64,000 nucleotides of DNA. Source: a virus. Positions 1 to 8,126 of this stretch are shown in pieces. A program made the translations under genes and the position numbers. The DNA is taken from IMG/VR virus record IMGVR_UViG_3300021964_000013. The stretch is one strand, 5' to 3'. The notes under the pieces are model-generated. The model was given only the letters and a program-made list of their open reading frames with translations. It did no database searches and was not told the DNA's origin. Position 1 is the stretch's first letter. The number at the start of each line of letters is the position of its first letter.

Positions 1-394
1 AGAACATAAGCTAAACGAGATTCGTAAAGACAACGGAAAAGACAAAAAGCTTATGCAGATGTTCTTTAACAGTATATTCTTGTCTATAGATGAGAAAGTA
101 GAAAACGATGAAGAATATGCACATCAAGTAATTGACACATCTAAGCCGTATACAATAAATAAGATAAACGACTACCTCATGGATCTCATGTCTAGAGTAT
201 TAGAAGAAAGAGAGTATGAGGTAATAAGGTTGTCTTACGGTTTAGACTGCGATAAGCATTCTGCAAAACAAATAGCTGAGATCGTCGGCATTAACGTTGA
301 TACCGCGCACGTACGTGTGTCTCAGATTAAACGTAACGCACTGGAAAAATTAATGCAACGCGTAGATCGAAACATGTTATTGGAGTTCATGTAA
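1..394 (+). CDS. RNA polymerase sigma-70 family factor, C-terminal part (5' end outside the window)
   Basis: Region-4-like sequence LEEREYEVIRLSYGL...SAKQIAEIVGI...RVSQIKRNALEKL; frame is open upstream of the ATG at 53. Confidence 0.8.
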   Translation, partial: EHKLNEIRKDNGKDKKLMQMFFNSIFLSIDEKVENDEEYAHQVIDTSKPYTINKINDYLMDLMSRVLEEREYEVIRLSYGLDCDKHSAKQIAEIVGINVDTAHVRVSQIKRNALEKLMQRVDRNMLLEFM

Positions 395-407
395 TTAAAA
401 AACCAAA

Positions 408-481
408 GCGCTTGTAGCTCAGCTGGATAGAGCATCTGCCTTCTAAGCAGACGGTCATAGGTTCGAATCCTATCAGGCGTA
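408..481 (+). tRNA. trnR: tRNA-Arg (anticodon TCT)
   Basis: Cloverleaf: acceptor GCGCTTG/CAGGCGT, D arm GCTC/GAGC, anticodon arm TCTGC-CTTCTAA-GCAGA, T arm ATAGG-TTCGAAT-CCTAT; no encoded CCA. Confidence 0.95.
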
Positions 482-497
482 CTAAAATTAATAAATT

Positions 498-965
498 ATG
501 AAGTTAGAAGTTTTAAGATTTAGTAGTGAAAAAGACAGTACAAATGGGTTATTATTCGATGTCTCAGACGGGCGTTCATTCCTTTGTTACACCCTTGAAG
601 ACGAACACAGAGACGAAAAAGTTATGGCTGAAACTAGAATCCCCGCAGGAACATACAGGATTACTCTCAGGACGACTGGAGGATTTCACGGAAGATATCT
701 AAAAAAGTATGGCCAAGACTTTCACAAAGGAATGCTATGGGTACGCGATGTCCCTAATTTCGAGTATATTCTTATTCATACTGGTAATACTGATGAGCAC
801 ACTGCTGGGTGTCTTATTGTTGGTGACAGTCAACAGGCCAATTTTGGCGAAAGCGATGGTTTTATTGGATCAAGCAATGCGGCTTATAAAAGAATATATC
901 CTGCTATTGCTCAAGCACTTACGTCAGGTGAAGAAGTCGAAATAACATATATCGACTACGATTAA
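498..965 (+). CDS. DUF5675-like L,D-peptidase/transpeptidase-fold protein (possible cell-wall hydrolase)
   Basis: Motifs CYTLED, RIPAGTY and ILIHTGNTDEHTAGCLIVG (HxGN...GC). Confidence 0.7.
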   Translation: MKLEVLRFSSEKDSTNGLLFDVSDGRSFLCYTLEDEHRDEKVMAETRIPAGTYRITLRTTGGFHGRYLKKYGQDFHKGMLWVRDVPNFEYILIHTGNTDEHTAGCLIVGDSQQANFGESDGFIGSSNAAYKRIYPAIAQALTSGEEVEITYIDYD

Positions 966-1019
966 TTCTTCGAATTATTTTTGTATATTTATATTATAAA
1001 ACAGTTAAATCAAAATTCC

Positions 1020-1544
1020 ATGGGTAAATTACATGAGAAGTTATCTGCTATCCAGCAGGACTTTAAATCCAAAAAAAGCCGTTACAACAGTTTCGGAAAG
1101 TACAACTACAGAAGTGCTGAAGACATTCTTGAAGCACTAAAACCAGTCAATCTTGAATGGAATGTGTATTTCACGATTACAGAAGAGTTTATACCTGGTC
1201 AAGTACCTGTTATAGTATCTACCGCTACGATCTCTGATGGCGTAGATGAAATCTCAGCTAAAGCGGTTGTTGGTGTTGATCTACTACAAAAAGGTATGCA
1301 AACACCACAAGCATTTGGCTCTGCAAGCTCTTACGGCAAAAAGTATGCATTGGGTAACTTACTACTCATTGATGACACCGCCGATGCAGATGCTACAAAT
1401 AATCATAGCAAAACAAAGCCTGAATTAAAAGGCGATGATCTAGAAAAAGCAAAAAGTTACATTAAGAATGGTGGTAGCGTAGCTGCTATCAAGTCTAAGT
1501 ACAGCTTATCGAAAGAAGTAGAACAACAACTCGCAACACTCTAA
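1020..1544 (+). CDS. erf: ERF-family single-strand annealing protein
   Basis: YNSFGKYNYRSAEDILEALKP and QAFGSASSYGKKYALGNLLLIDD are typical ERF motifs; ATG 1020 preferred over TTG 981. Confidence 0.85.
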   Translation: MGKLHEKLSAIQQDFKSKKSRYNSFGKYNYRSAEDILEALKPVNLEWNVYFTITEEFIPGQVPVIVSTATISDGVDEISAKAVVGVDLLQKGMQTPQAFGSASSYGKKYALGNLLLIDDTADADATNNHSKTKPELKGDDLEKAKSYIKNGGSVAAIKSKYSLSKEVEQQLATL

Positions 1545-1545
1545 G

Positions 1546-2286
1546 ATGACAAGAGAGGAAATAATCAACAAGTTAGACAAAGACGAACACTACTACGGTG
1601 AGTTTGGGCGTCAGTACTTAAGTAATTCAGATATCAAGACGTTGTTATCTAATCCACTAATGTTCAAGCAGCAAACCGAAAAAACTGTTCCAATGCTAAT
1701 TGGTGGTTATTTCCATACTCTTGTTTTAGAACCCGAGAAGTTAAAGTCCTTCAAAGTTATAGAGTCATCAACTCGCAATACTAAAATGTATAAAGAGATA
1801 AGCGAAGGTGAGTTATGCATGCTTCAGAAAGAAGCGGACATGTGTGAACTTATGTCAGAAGCTCTTCTTGAAAACACTGTTTGTAGAGAGATGATTAGAG
1901 GTACTGGTAACTCAAACATTGAGTACGAAGTACCTGGTATAAAAGAAGTTGAAGGCAAGATGTGGAAGGGTAAGGCTGATATACTCAACCATGATCTTGA
2001 ACTAATTGTAGATATTAAAACGACTTCTGACTTGAATAAGTTTAGAAAGTCCGCTTATACCTACAATTATGACTCACAGGCCTATATATACAAAAAGATG
2101 TTTGGTTATGATATGGTATTTATAGCCATAGACAAAAACAACTATCAAATAGGCGTGTACGATTGCTCTGATAACTTTTTAATCAGTGGTCACGACAAGG
2201 TTGTTAGAGCTATCGAAGCGTATGAGTTGTTCTATGAGAACGACAATTTTGATCCTAAACAGTATTTTATTAACGAAACACTTTAA
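1546..2286 (+). CDS. PD-(D/E)XK exonuclease (RecE/DUF3799-like)
   Basis: LSNSDIK, G.YFH.LVLEP, KGKADIL, IVDIKTT, YDSQAYIY; adjacent to ERF. Confidence 0.8.
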   Translation: MTREEIINKLDKDEHYYGEFGRQYLSNSDIKTLLSNPLMFKQQTEKTVPMLIGGYFHTLVLEPEKLKSFKVIESSTRNTKMYKEISEGELCMLQKEADMCELMSEALLENTVCREMIRGTGNSNIEYEVPGIKEVEGKMWKGKADILNHDLELIVDIKTTSDLNKFRKSAYTYNYDSQAYIYKKMFGYDMVFIAIDKNNYQIGVYDCSDNFLISGHDKVVRAIEAYELFYENDNFDPKQYFINETL

Positions 2287-2290
2287 AACC

Positions 2291-2602
2291 ATGGCAGGTA
2301 TTATTAAAGCGTCAATTGACTTGACAAAAATCCCGAAAGAAAAAATAGTAGACGGGAAAAAAGGTAAGTACATCAATATCGTAGTTAACGTAAACAACGA
2401 TGTAGATCAATTTGGTAACCAAGCGTCTGTTGTAGTAGACCAAACTAAGGATGAGCGTGCTGCTAAAGCAGCTAAGACGTACTTAGGTAATGGTAAGATC
2501 GTATGGTCAGATGGCCAATTTCCAGATCCAGCACCTTACGATAACTCACACAATGGTGCACCAAAACCAGTAGCACAACCAGCGGACGACTTGCCATTCT
2601 AA
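2291..2602 (+). CDS. ssb: Single-stranded DNA-binding protein (Bacteroidota-phage type)
   Basis: ASIDLTKIPKEKI...GKKGKY...YLGNGK core and an acidic DDLPF tail; start moved to ATG 2291. Confidence 0.75.
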   Translation: MAGIIKASIDLTKIPKEKIVDGKKGKYINIVVNVNNDVDQFGNQASVVVDQTKDERAAKAAKTYLGNGKIVWSDGQFPDPAPYDNSHNGAPKPVAQPADDLPF

Positions 2603-2605
2603 TAA

Positions 2606-4318
2606 ATGCAAGTACATACGACCGAGATTAACGGATTTGAAATCAATGAATTCAACCGTTATAATCTTGAGACCGGTAAGACACAGGGGGTTTGTCCTCT
2701 GTGCTCTGCCGATCGAAAGAAAGAGAATCAGAAGAAAGCTTGTGCTTCTTATGATTGGGAACGCGGTCTCGGAACTTGCCACAATTGCAACGAAACATTC
2801 CAACTACACACTTTTAAGCGTAAAGGTTCTGCAACAAAGGTCTATGTAAGACCTGAGCCAGAACAAATAAGCCCAGTAAGTGAAAAAGTTGAGACCTGGT
2901 TTAGCAAAAGAGGTATAAGTGTCAACACCTTGAGTAACTTAAAAGTTACATCTGGTGATGAGTTTATGCCTCAAACAGGTAAGACCGAGAGCGTAATAAA
3001 GTTTAACTACTTCATAGCCAGTGCTTTAATAAACATAAAGTACCGAGACGGCCGTAAGAACTTTAAACTTTATAAAGGCGCTGAGAAGGTATTCTACAAT
3101 CTAGACAGCATAGCTAATACCAACGAGTGTGTTATAGTTGAGGGCGAAATGGACGTTCTCAGTTTACACGAAGCGGGTATTAAAAACGTTGTGTCAGTGC
3201 CTAATGGCGCTACAATTGGAAATAATAACCTTGATTACCTTGATAACTGTATTGATTACTTTGTTGACAAGGAGAAGATTATTATTGCCGTAGACAACGA
3301 CGAAGCTGGCCAAGCGTTACAAGCAGAACTTGTACGTAGACTAGGTGCTGAAGTATGTTACATAGCGGATTTTGAACCCTGCAAGGATGCTAATGAGTAC
3401 TTAATTAAGTACACGCCAGAGGAATTAGCAGAGGTTATAACAAAAGCCAAACCTGTACCGTTAGAAAACGTAACAACATTTAGAGACATTGAAGATGATG
3501 TCATAGACTTTGTTGAGAACGGTTTTAAACCTGGGTACCAAGTGGGTTTAGATAACTTTGATAACATATTCAGTACTTATACAGGTCAGTTTATAACCGT
3601 AACTGGTATACCGTCAAGCGGTAAATCAGACTGGGTAGATCAAATGTGTGTTGGTTACAACCGTAACTATGGTTGGAAAACAGCATACGCGTCACCGGAA
3701 AACACTCCTACATACCTACACGCTCACAAGCTTGTAAGAAAACTATGGGGTGGTATGCCTCAAAGAGCAGACGTTGGTTCAGAAAACTGGAAAAGAGTTA
3801 CTGAGCATGTCAACGACAACTTCTTTTTTATAGATATGGAGAGATATAGCCTTGATTCTATATTAAAAAAAGGAGCTGAGCTTGTTAAGCGAAAAGGTAT
3901 AAAATGCTTAGTAATTGACCCTTACAATAAAGTAAGAGACCTCAGCGGTAACATGAGTGACGTAAACATGTATACGATGGAGTACTTGACAAAAATCGAG
4001 ATCTTCGCAAAAAAGTATGATGTTTTAGTTATCATTGTAGCTCACCCAACTAAAATGTACAAAGACCAACAGGGTAATATTGAAGAACCCACTATGTACA
4101 ATATTAAAGGAGGTGGTGAATGGTACGACGCGAGTTATCACGGTTTGCTAGTACACAGGAACTACGAGCTAAAAACAGTTAAGGTTAAAGTACTGAAGGT
4201 AAAATTTCAGAATTTGGGTGAAAATGGCGCTGAGGCACACTTCAAGTGGGAGGCGAACTCAGGCCTGTATCAACCAATGCCTGATATAAATGAGCAAGCA
4301 CTTCCTTGGGAAAGTTAA
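2606..4318 (+). CDS. T7 gp4/Twinkle-like primase-helicase
   Basis: Zn finger CPLC...CHNC, TOPRIM motifs VEGEMD and DNDEAG, Walker A GIPSSGKS, LVIDPY, VAHPTK. Confidence 0.92.
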   Translation: MQVHTTEINGFEINEFNRYNLETGKTQGVCPLCSADRKKENQKKACASYDWERGLGTCHNCNETFQLHTFKRKGSATKVYVRPEPEQISPVSEKVETWFSKRGISVNTLSNLKVTSGDEFMPQTGKTESVIKFNYFIASALINIKYRDGRKNFKLYKGAEKVFYNLDSIANTNECVIVEGEMDVLSLHEAGIKNVVSVPNGATIGNNNLDYLDNCIDYFVDKEKIIIAVDNDEAGQALQAELVRRLGAEVCYIADFEPCKDANEYLIKYTPEELAEVITKAKPVPLENVTTFRDIEDDVIDFVENGFKPGYQVGLDNFDNIFSTYTGQFITVTGIPSSGKSDWVDQMCVGYNRNYGWKTAYASPENTPTYLHAHKLVRKLWGGMPQRADVGSENWKRVTEHVNDNFFFIDMERYSLDSILKKGAELVKRKGIKCLVIDPYNKVRDLSGNMSDVNMYTMEYLTKIEIFAKKYDVLVIIVAHPTKMYKDQQGNIEEPTMYNIKGGGEWYDASYHGLLVHRNYELKTVKVKVLKVKFQNLGENGAEAHFKWEANSGLYQPMPDINEQALPWES

Positions 4319-4319
4319 C

Positions 4320-4541
4320 ATGGGTACATACGAATTTACAGCAGCAGAATATAACGCTAGAACTTGGTGCAACAAGAATAACATTTGGATGACACCAGTT
4401 GCTAAGAATACTAAACAATGGTATATCGAAGTTAGGGTTAATGGTGATTCGCGTATGTCGCCAGTTACTTACGGTAAAGACGAAATATGGAGAAAATGTT
4501 TTGAATTCTACATGTTCTACTACAAAAAACTAAACAAATGA
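4320..4541 (+). CDS. Hypothetical protein
   Basis: Fills the gap between helicase and next gene, ATGA overlap with it; ATG 4320 avoids overlapping the helicase. Confidence 0.6.
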   Translation: MGTYEFTAAEYNARTWCNKNNIWMTPVAKNTKQWYIEVRVNGDSRMSPVTYGKDEIWRKCFEFYMFYYKKLNK

Positions 4542-5182
4542 AAGACAGATTTTGGGACGCTAACGAAGCGTTTGAGTACTACTTGGATAAAATACGGCAG
4601 TTTGGCTGGAAAACAGAGGTTGGTACTAAAAAAATAAGCAACGTTGGGTTTTATATAACCAATCCAGCTAAAAACGAAATAAAAACTCCAGAACGTAAAT
4701 GGAGTAAAGAGTATGCGGAAGCCGAATGGCAATGGTACTTATCCGGTGATCGTCAAGTATCTAAACTAGGCGAGATATATGGTAAAGTTCCAGTAATATG
4801 GCAAAAAATGGCCAATAGCGTTGGTGATGTCAACTCGAATTATGGTTGGCAATGGCAACGCGAGCATCAAATTGATTATGTTGTATCAGAGCTTAAAGCA
4901 AACCCTAATAGTAGAAGAGCGGCTATAAGTATATACGATGGTAAAGAGTGGCCAACTTACAGAAAAGATACTCCCTGTACCTTTGCTATACACTTTTCCA
5001 TTGCGTCGGGCCGCTTAAACATGACCGTTATGATGCGTTCTAATGATCTCTGGTTTGGTTTCTGTAACGATCAGTACTGTTTTTCAGAACTACAAAAATT
5101 AATAGCAGAGAGACTGAGTATACCAATAGGTGAATACTACCACTTTGTATGCGACTTACACTTATATGAACAACACTTCTAA
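4538..5182 (+). CDS. Thymidylate-synthase-fold enzyme of the dCMP hydroxymethylase (T4 gp42) type
   Basis: IWQKMA...VNSNYGW, NPNSRRA, catalytic PCT, MRSNDLWFGFCND (Asp at the ThyA Asn177 position), LHLYEQHF. Confidence 0.8.
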   Translation: MKDRFWDANEAFEYYLDKIRQFGWKTEVGTKKISNVGFYITNPAKNEIKTPERKWSKEYAEAEWQWYLSGDRQVSKLGEIYGKVPVIWQKMANSVGDVNSNYGWQWQREHQIDYVVSELKANPNSRRAAISIYDGKEWPTYRKDTPCTFAIHFSIASGRLNMTVMMRSNDLWFGFCNDQYCFSELQKLIAERLSIPIGEYYHFVCDLHLYEQHF

Positions 5183-5186
5183 AATT

Positions 5187-5954
5187 ATGTATTATATTTA
5201 TCATATACCTGGTAAAAAGATTGGCGTGGCGCGTAATCTTAAATACAGGGTAACGCTAATGCAGGGTTACAAGACCGGTGAATACGAAGTTCTTGATCAA
5301 AGTGAAGATATTGATTACATATCTGACCGCGAGATAGAACTTCAAAAGGCTTATGGCTATAAGGTCGATCCTGTGCTTTATAAAAATCTTTTTAAATCAT
5401 CTAAAACAACAAAAGCCATGATCACATTCAGTAGTCAAACAACGACGTTCCCATTCCCAAAGAAAGAACTAAGAACCAGTTTGGTACCATATATTGGACA
5501 TATGTGGGAAACAGAAGACGGTTTATTAGAAATAAACAGTAAGACAATTGACTGGATCGCTAAAAACGCGTGTAAGTCGATGTTTAACGAGGATAAAAGT
5601 TATATTTATAATAAAGCATTTGCTGAGTACTTGCAAGAGCAAGAAAACGAAGGCATCGATATTTTTGATAACATACGCCAGTGGGCAAGCGAAAGAGGCT
5701 TGTACGACAAAGGTGATGTAAAGACGCAGTACGTAAAGTTAATGGAAGAAGCTGGCGAGCTCGCGCAATCTATTATCAAGAGTGATGATGCTGAGTTTAT
5801 CGATGCTATTGGTGACATTGTTGTGGTCTTAACTAATCTAGCTCACTTAGGTGGTGTCAAGATCGAAGACTGTATTCAATCTGCTTACAATGAGATTAGC
5901 AACAGAAAGGGCGCTATGGTTAATGGTTCATTCGTAAAACAAGAATCATTATGA
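5187..5954 (+). CDS. MazG-like NTP pyrophosphohydrolase with an N-terminal GIY-YIG-like domain
   Basis: C-terminal KLMEEAGELA...DAIGDIVVVL...AYNEISNRKG; N-terminal YYIYH..KKIGVARNLKYR. Confidence 0.75.
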   Translation: MYYIYHIPGKKIGVARNLKYRVTLMQGYKTGEYEVLDQSEDIDYISDREIELQKAYGYKVDPVLYKNLFKSSKTTKAMITFSSQTTTFPFPKKELRTSLVPYIGHMWETEDGLLEINSKTIDWIAKNACKSMFNEDKSYIYNKAFAEYLQEQENEGIDIFDNIRQWASERGLYDKGDVKTQYVKLMEEAGELAQSIIKSDDAEFIDAIGDIVVVLTNLAHLGGVKIEDCIQSAYNEISNRKGAMVNGSFVKQESL

Positions 5955-6193
5955 GACAGAAGATAATTAACTTCCGCGATCCCGTTGTCGAAAAAGTAGT
6001 CGACAAGTTTGTTGATAGATCAGATGTAGGTTACGTTAAATACGGTAAGACGCTAGATGAAGAGAGACGTACAAAAGTCAAAGACTTAGCAGATTACTTG
6101 AACGATGTCCAGGAAGAACTAATGGATGCCATATTGTATATTCAAGCTGCTAGAGATGAAATTAAAGACCTAGCAAATGAAAAAGAAGAGTAG
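5951..6193 (+). CDS. Small all-alpha NTP-pyrophosphatase-like protein
   Basis: GYVKYGKTL...DVQEELMDAILY resembles the MazG EExxD acidic motif. Confidence 0.5.
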   Translation: MRQKIINFRDPVVEKVVDKFVDRSDVGYVKYGKTLDEERRTKVKDLADYLNDVQEELMDAILYIQAARDEIKDLANEKEE

Positions 6194-6662
6194 TAAAAGA
6201 GGTCCTGTAAGAGCTAAAAAAGTAGAGTACGACGGTATAAAGTTTCAAAGTGGCCTAGAAAAGTACATGTACATGGCTCTTAAAAAAGCAGATATATCAT
6301 GCCGTTATGAGATCGAAAGCTTTACTCTTATAGATGGATTTAATTTTAAAAACAAATCATACGAAAGACAGTCAAATGGTAAGGGAGAATATACTGAGAG
6401 AGGCAATAAAAAGATACGTCCAATCACCTACACACCGGACTTCACAGGTCCAGGATTCATCATCGAGTGTAAAGGAAGAGCAAACGAATCATTCCCAATT
6501 AGATGGAAATTGTTCAAGCGATACGTCGCTTTAAAAATGCCAGGAGTTACATTGTATAAACCTCAAAATCAAAAAGAATGCGACAAAACGGTAGAACTGA
6601 TACTCATAAAAAGAAGAGTTCAGCAGACCATGCTTCTAAAGGATACAAGACAAGACAAATAG
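6177..6662 (+). CDS. PD-(D/E)XK endonuclease (T7 endonuclease I/DUF1064-like resolvase)
   Basis: YDGIKFQSGLE, TYTPDF, IIECKG motifs. Confidence 0.75.
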   Translation: MKKKSSKRGPVRAKKVEYDGIKFQSGLEKYMYMALKKADISCRYEIESFTLIDGFNFKNKSYERQSNGKGEYTERGNKKIRPITYTPDFTGPGFIIECKGRANESFPIRWKLFKRYVALKMPGVTLYKPQNQKECDKTVELILIKRRVQQTMLLKDTRQDK

Positions 6663-6751
6663 ACAGGTATGTTAAGTGGTGTATCAATACCAAAGGATAC
6701 GTGAGATATAGAGACATTATTAACCAAGTAGAAAAATACAAGCTACAGTGA
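6578..6751 (+). CDS. Hypothetical 57-aa basic protein (not in ORF track)
   Basis: MRQNGRTDTH...VEKYKLQ*; GTGA overlap with the next ORF. Confidence 0.45.
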   Translation: MRQNGRTDTHKKKSSADHASKGYKTRQIDRYVKWCINTKGYVRYRDIINQVEKYKLQ

Positions 6752-6933
6752 AAGAAACATATTGGGAGATATCCTTTGGTACTTACCCAGGTATATTACT
6801 GGGATTTAGAACATATCAAGAAGAGGATGAAGTTAAATGGGATGGTGATCCTGCTGTAATGACAGAGCGCAACCACGTTTTATACATTCCTTTCGTAGAT
6901 ATGTGTATTAGAATAATAACCCTTCAAAAGTAA
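6748..6933 (+). CDS. Hypothetical protein
   Basis: ORF within a tightly packed operon. Confidence 0.6.
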   Translation: MKETYWEISFGTYPGILLGFRTYQEEDEVKWDGDPAVMTERNHVLYIPFVDMCIRIITLQK

Positions 6934-6937
6934 AAAA

Positions 6938-7039
6938 ATGACAGACGATTTCGAAGACTTCGTAGACATGCTTGAACAAGCAGAACAACCAACTTGCAGT
7001 TTCGACAACCCTGAAGATTGCGAAGCTTGTGGGTCATAG
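6938..7039 (+). CDS. 33-aa peptide resembling the class I ribonucleotide reductase alpha C-terminal redox tail
   Basis: MTDDFEDFVDMLEQAEQPTCSFDNPEDCEACGS*, preceded by an A-rich leader. Confidence 0.6.
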   Translation: MTDDFEDFVDMLEQAEQPTCSFDNPEDCEACGS

Positions 7040-7139
7040 TAAAAAAAGAGATCAAATCAAGCGCGCAACTGAACCTAAAAAATGGTGTGCAAAAGAACCT
7101 AAAGAGTGTAACTGCAAAAGAAGTTGTGATGAGAGATAA
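7029..7139 (+). CDS. Possible 36-aa Cys4 micro-protein
   Basis: GTG-start ORF MGHSKKRD...WCAKEPKECNCKRSCDER* bridging its two neighbours. Confidence 0.35.
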   Translation: MGHSKKRDQIKRATEPKKWCAKEPKECNCKRSCDER

Positions 7140-7299
7140 TAGAGTTGATAGTATACTACATGAGTTAGCTATACTACACAGTGGTCTCGGTACTGATTCA
7201 ACCGAGAGAGAGAAAGAAACGGTTTTAAATAAAGAAAACTACCTAAGAAAAAAGATAGCAGAAATAGATAAAGATTTAGAAGAAAGACTTTTTCCTTAA
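7129..7299 (+). CDS. Hypothetical protein
   Basis: Last + strand gene; ATG 7129 is more plausible than TTG 7018. Confidence 0.55.
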   Translation: MRDNRVDSILHELAILHSGLGTDSTEREKETVLNKENYLRKKIAEIDKDLEERLFP

Positions 7300-7363
7300 A
7301 TCTTTATTGTTACATTAGTGGAGTCATTGCTCCCAATGGTTTTTGATTAAACACTGTTTTTCT

Positions 7364-7400
7364 AAAAGTGGTATGTGCAGATTTTGCATGTACCACTTTT
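7364..7400. terminator. Bidirectional terminator between the convergent transcription units
   Basis: AAAAGTGGTA-TGTGCA-gattt-TGCATG-TACCACTTTT inverted repeat with A/T tails on both sides. Confidence 0.75.
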
Positions 7401-7981
7401 TATTTTTCAGTGGCATACTTAACACCCATTATGGTTCCAACTATACTAAACGAATTAGTTAGCAGTATACCAAACAGATTAGACCAAGTACTTTCTATTA
7501 TCTTAGAATCATAACCCTGGTACAAGACAAACATATATAACAAAGATGTTATAACACCTACGCCCACAATAACTCCTAATGCAAGCTTAACAATAATACC
7601 TACTAACTCAAACTGAGTTTTCTTTTGCATGACCTCTAAGTCATTTAGAGCCTCATCTCTTAAACTTTCAGCTGCTTTTTTAGCATCTTCAAGTTCTTCC
7701 ATCTTATCCTGTAGATCTGATAAGAGAGCTTTATTTAATACGTTAGCTTCTTCAAGCTCTTTGTTCTGAGCCTGTACCTGCTTAGTAATGTCTAAACGCT
7801 TACGTCTTTGAGCTAAGTCTTTTCTTTTACACTCTTCAATGTAGTCTTTAACTTCATCATCAGTAGTCTTAGCCAGCAGCTTAACAAAGTTTCCTTCTAT
7901 GAAAACTTTCTTAGACTTGGCTTTAAGTATAGCTTCCTTTACCGTGTCTTTAGAACTAATCACCGCAGCAGTGTATTTCAC
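7400..7981 (-). CDS. Coiled-coil protein with two C-terminal transmembrane helices (start may be GTG 7963)
   Basis: Long charged helical region, then hydrophobic LVGIIVKLALGVIVGVGVITSLLYMFVLY and LFGILLTNSFSIVGTIMGV. Confidence 0.8.
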   Translation of the reverse strand: MKYTAAVISSKDTVKEAILKAKSKKVFIEGNFVKLLAKTTDDEVKDYIEECKRKDLAQRRKRLDITKQVQAQNKELEEANVLNKALLSDLQDKMEELEDAKKAAESLRDEALNDLEVMQKKTQFELVGIIVKLALGVIVGVGVITSLLYMFVLYQGYDSKIIESTWSNLFGILLTNSFSIVGTIMGVKYATEK

Positions 7982-8126
7982 AACTATCCAAGTAGGTATT
8001 ATCAGGATTACCGTTAGTTACATATCCTGTTTCATACTCTTTAGTATTACTATTAACTAAAAAACCAGCTAAACCTACAAGCAAGAAGAATATAATAGCA
8101 ACCCTAAATTCTATAATCAGTTTCAT
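7956..8126 (-). CDS. 56-aa single-TM/signal-anchor peptide with a Cys/His C-terminus (not in ORF track)
   Basis: MKLIIEFRVAIIFFLLVGLAGFLVNSNTKEYETGYVTNGNPDNTYLDSCEIHCCGD*; TAATG coupling to the receiver gene. Confidence 0.7.
   Translation of the reverse strand: MKLIIEFRVAIIFFLLVGLAGFLVNSNTKEYETGYVTNGNPDNTYLDSCEIHCCGD

Noticed and set aside
4538-5182. Canonical thymidylate synthase (thyA)
   Set aside because: Asp replaces the dUMP-specifying Asn, and the flanking motifs follow T4 gp42
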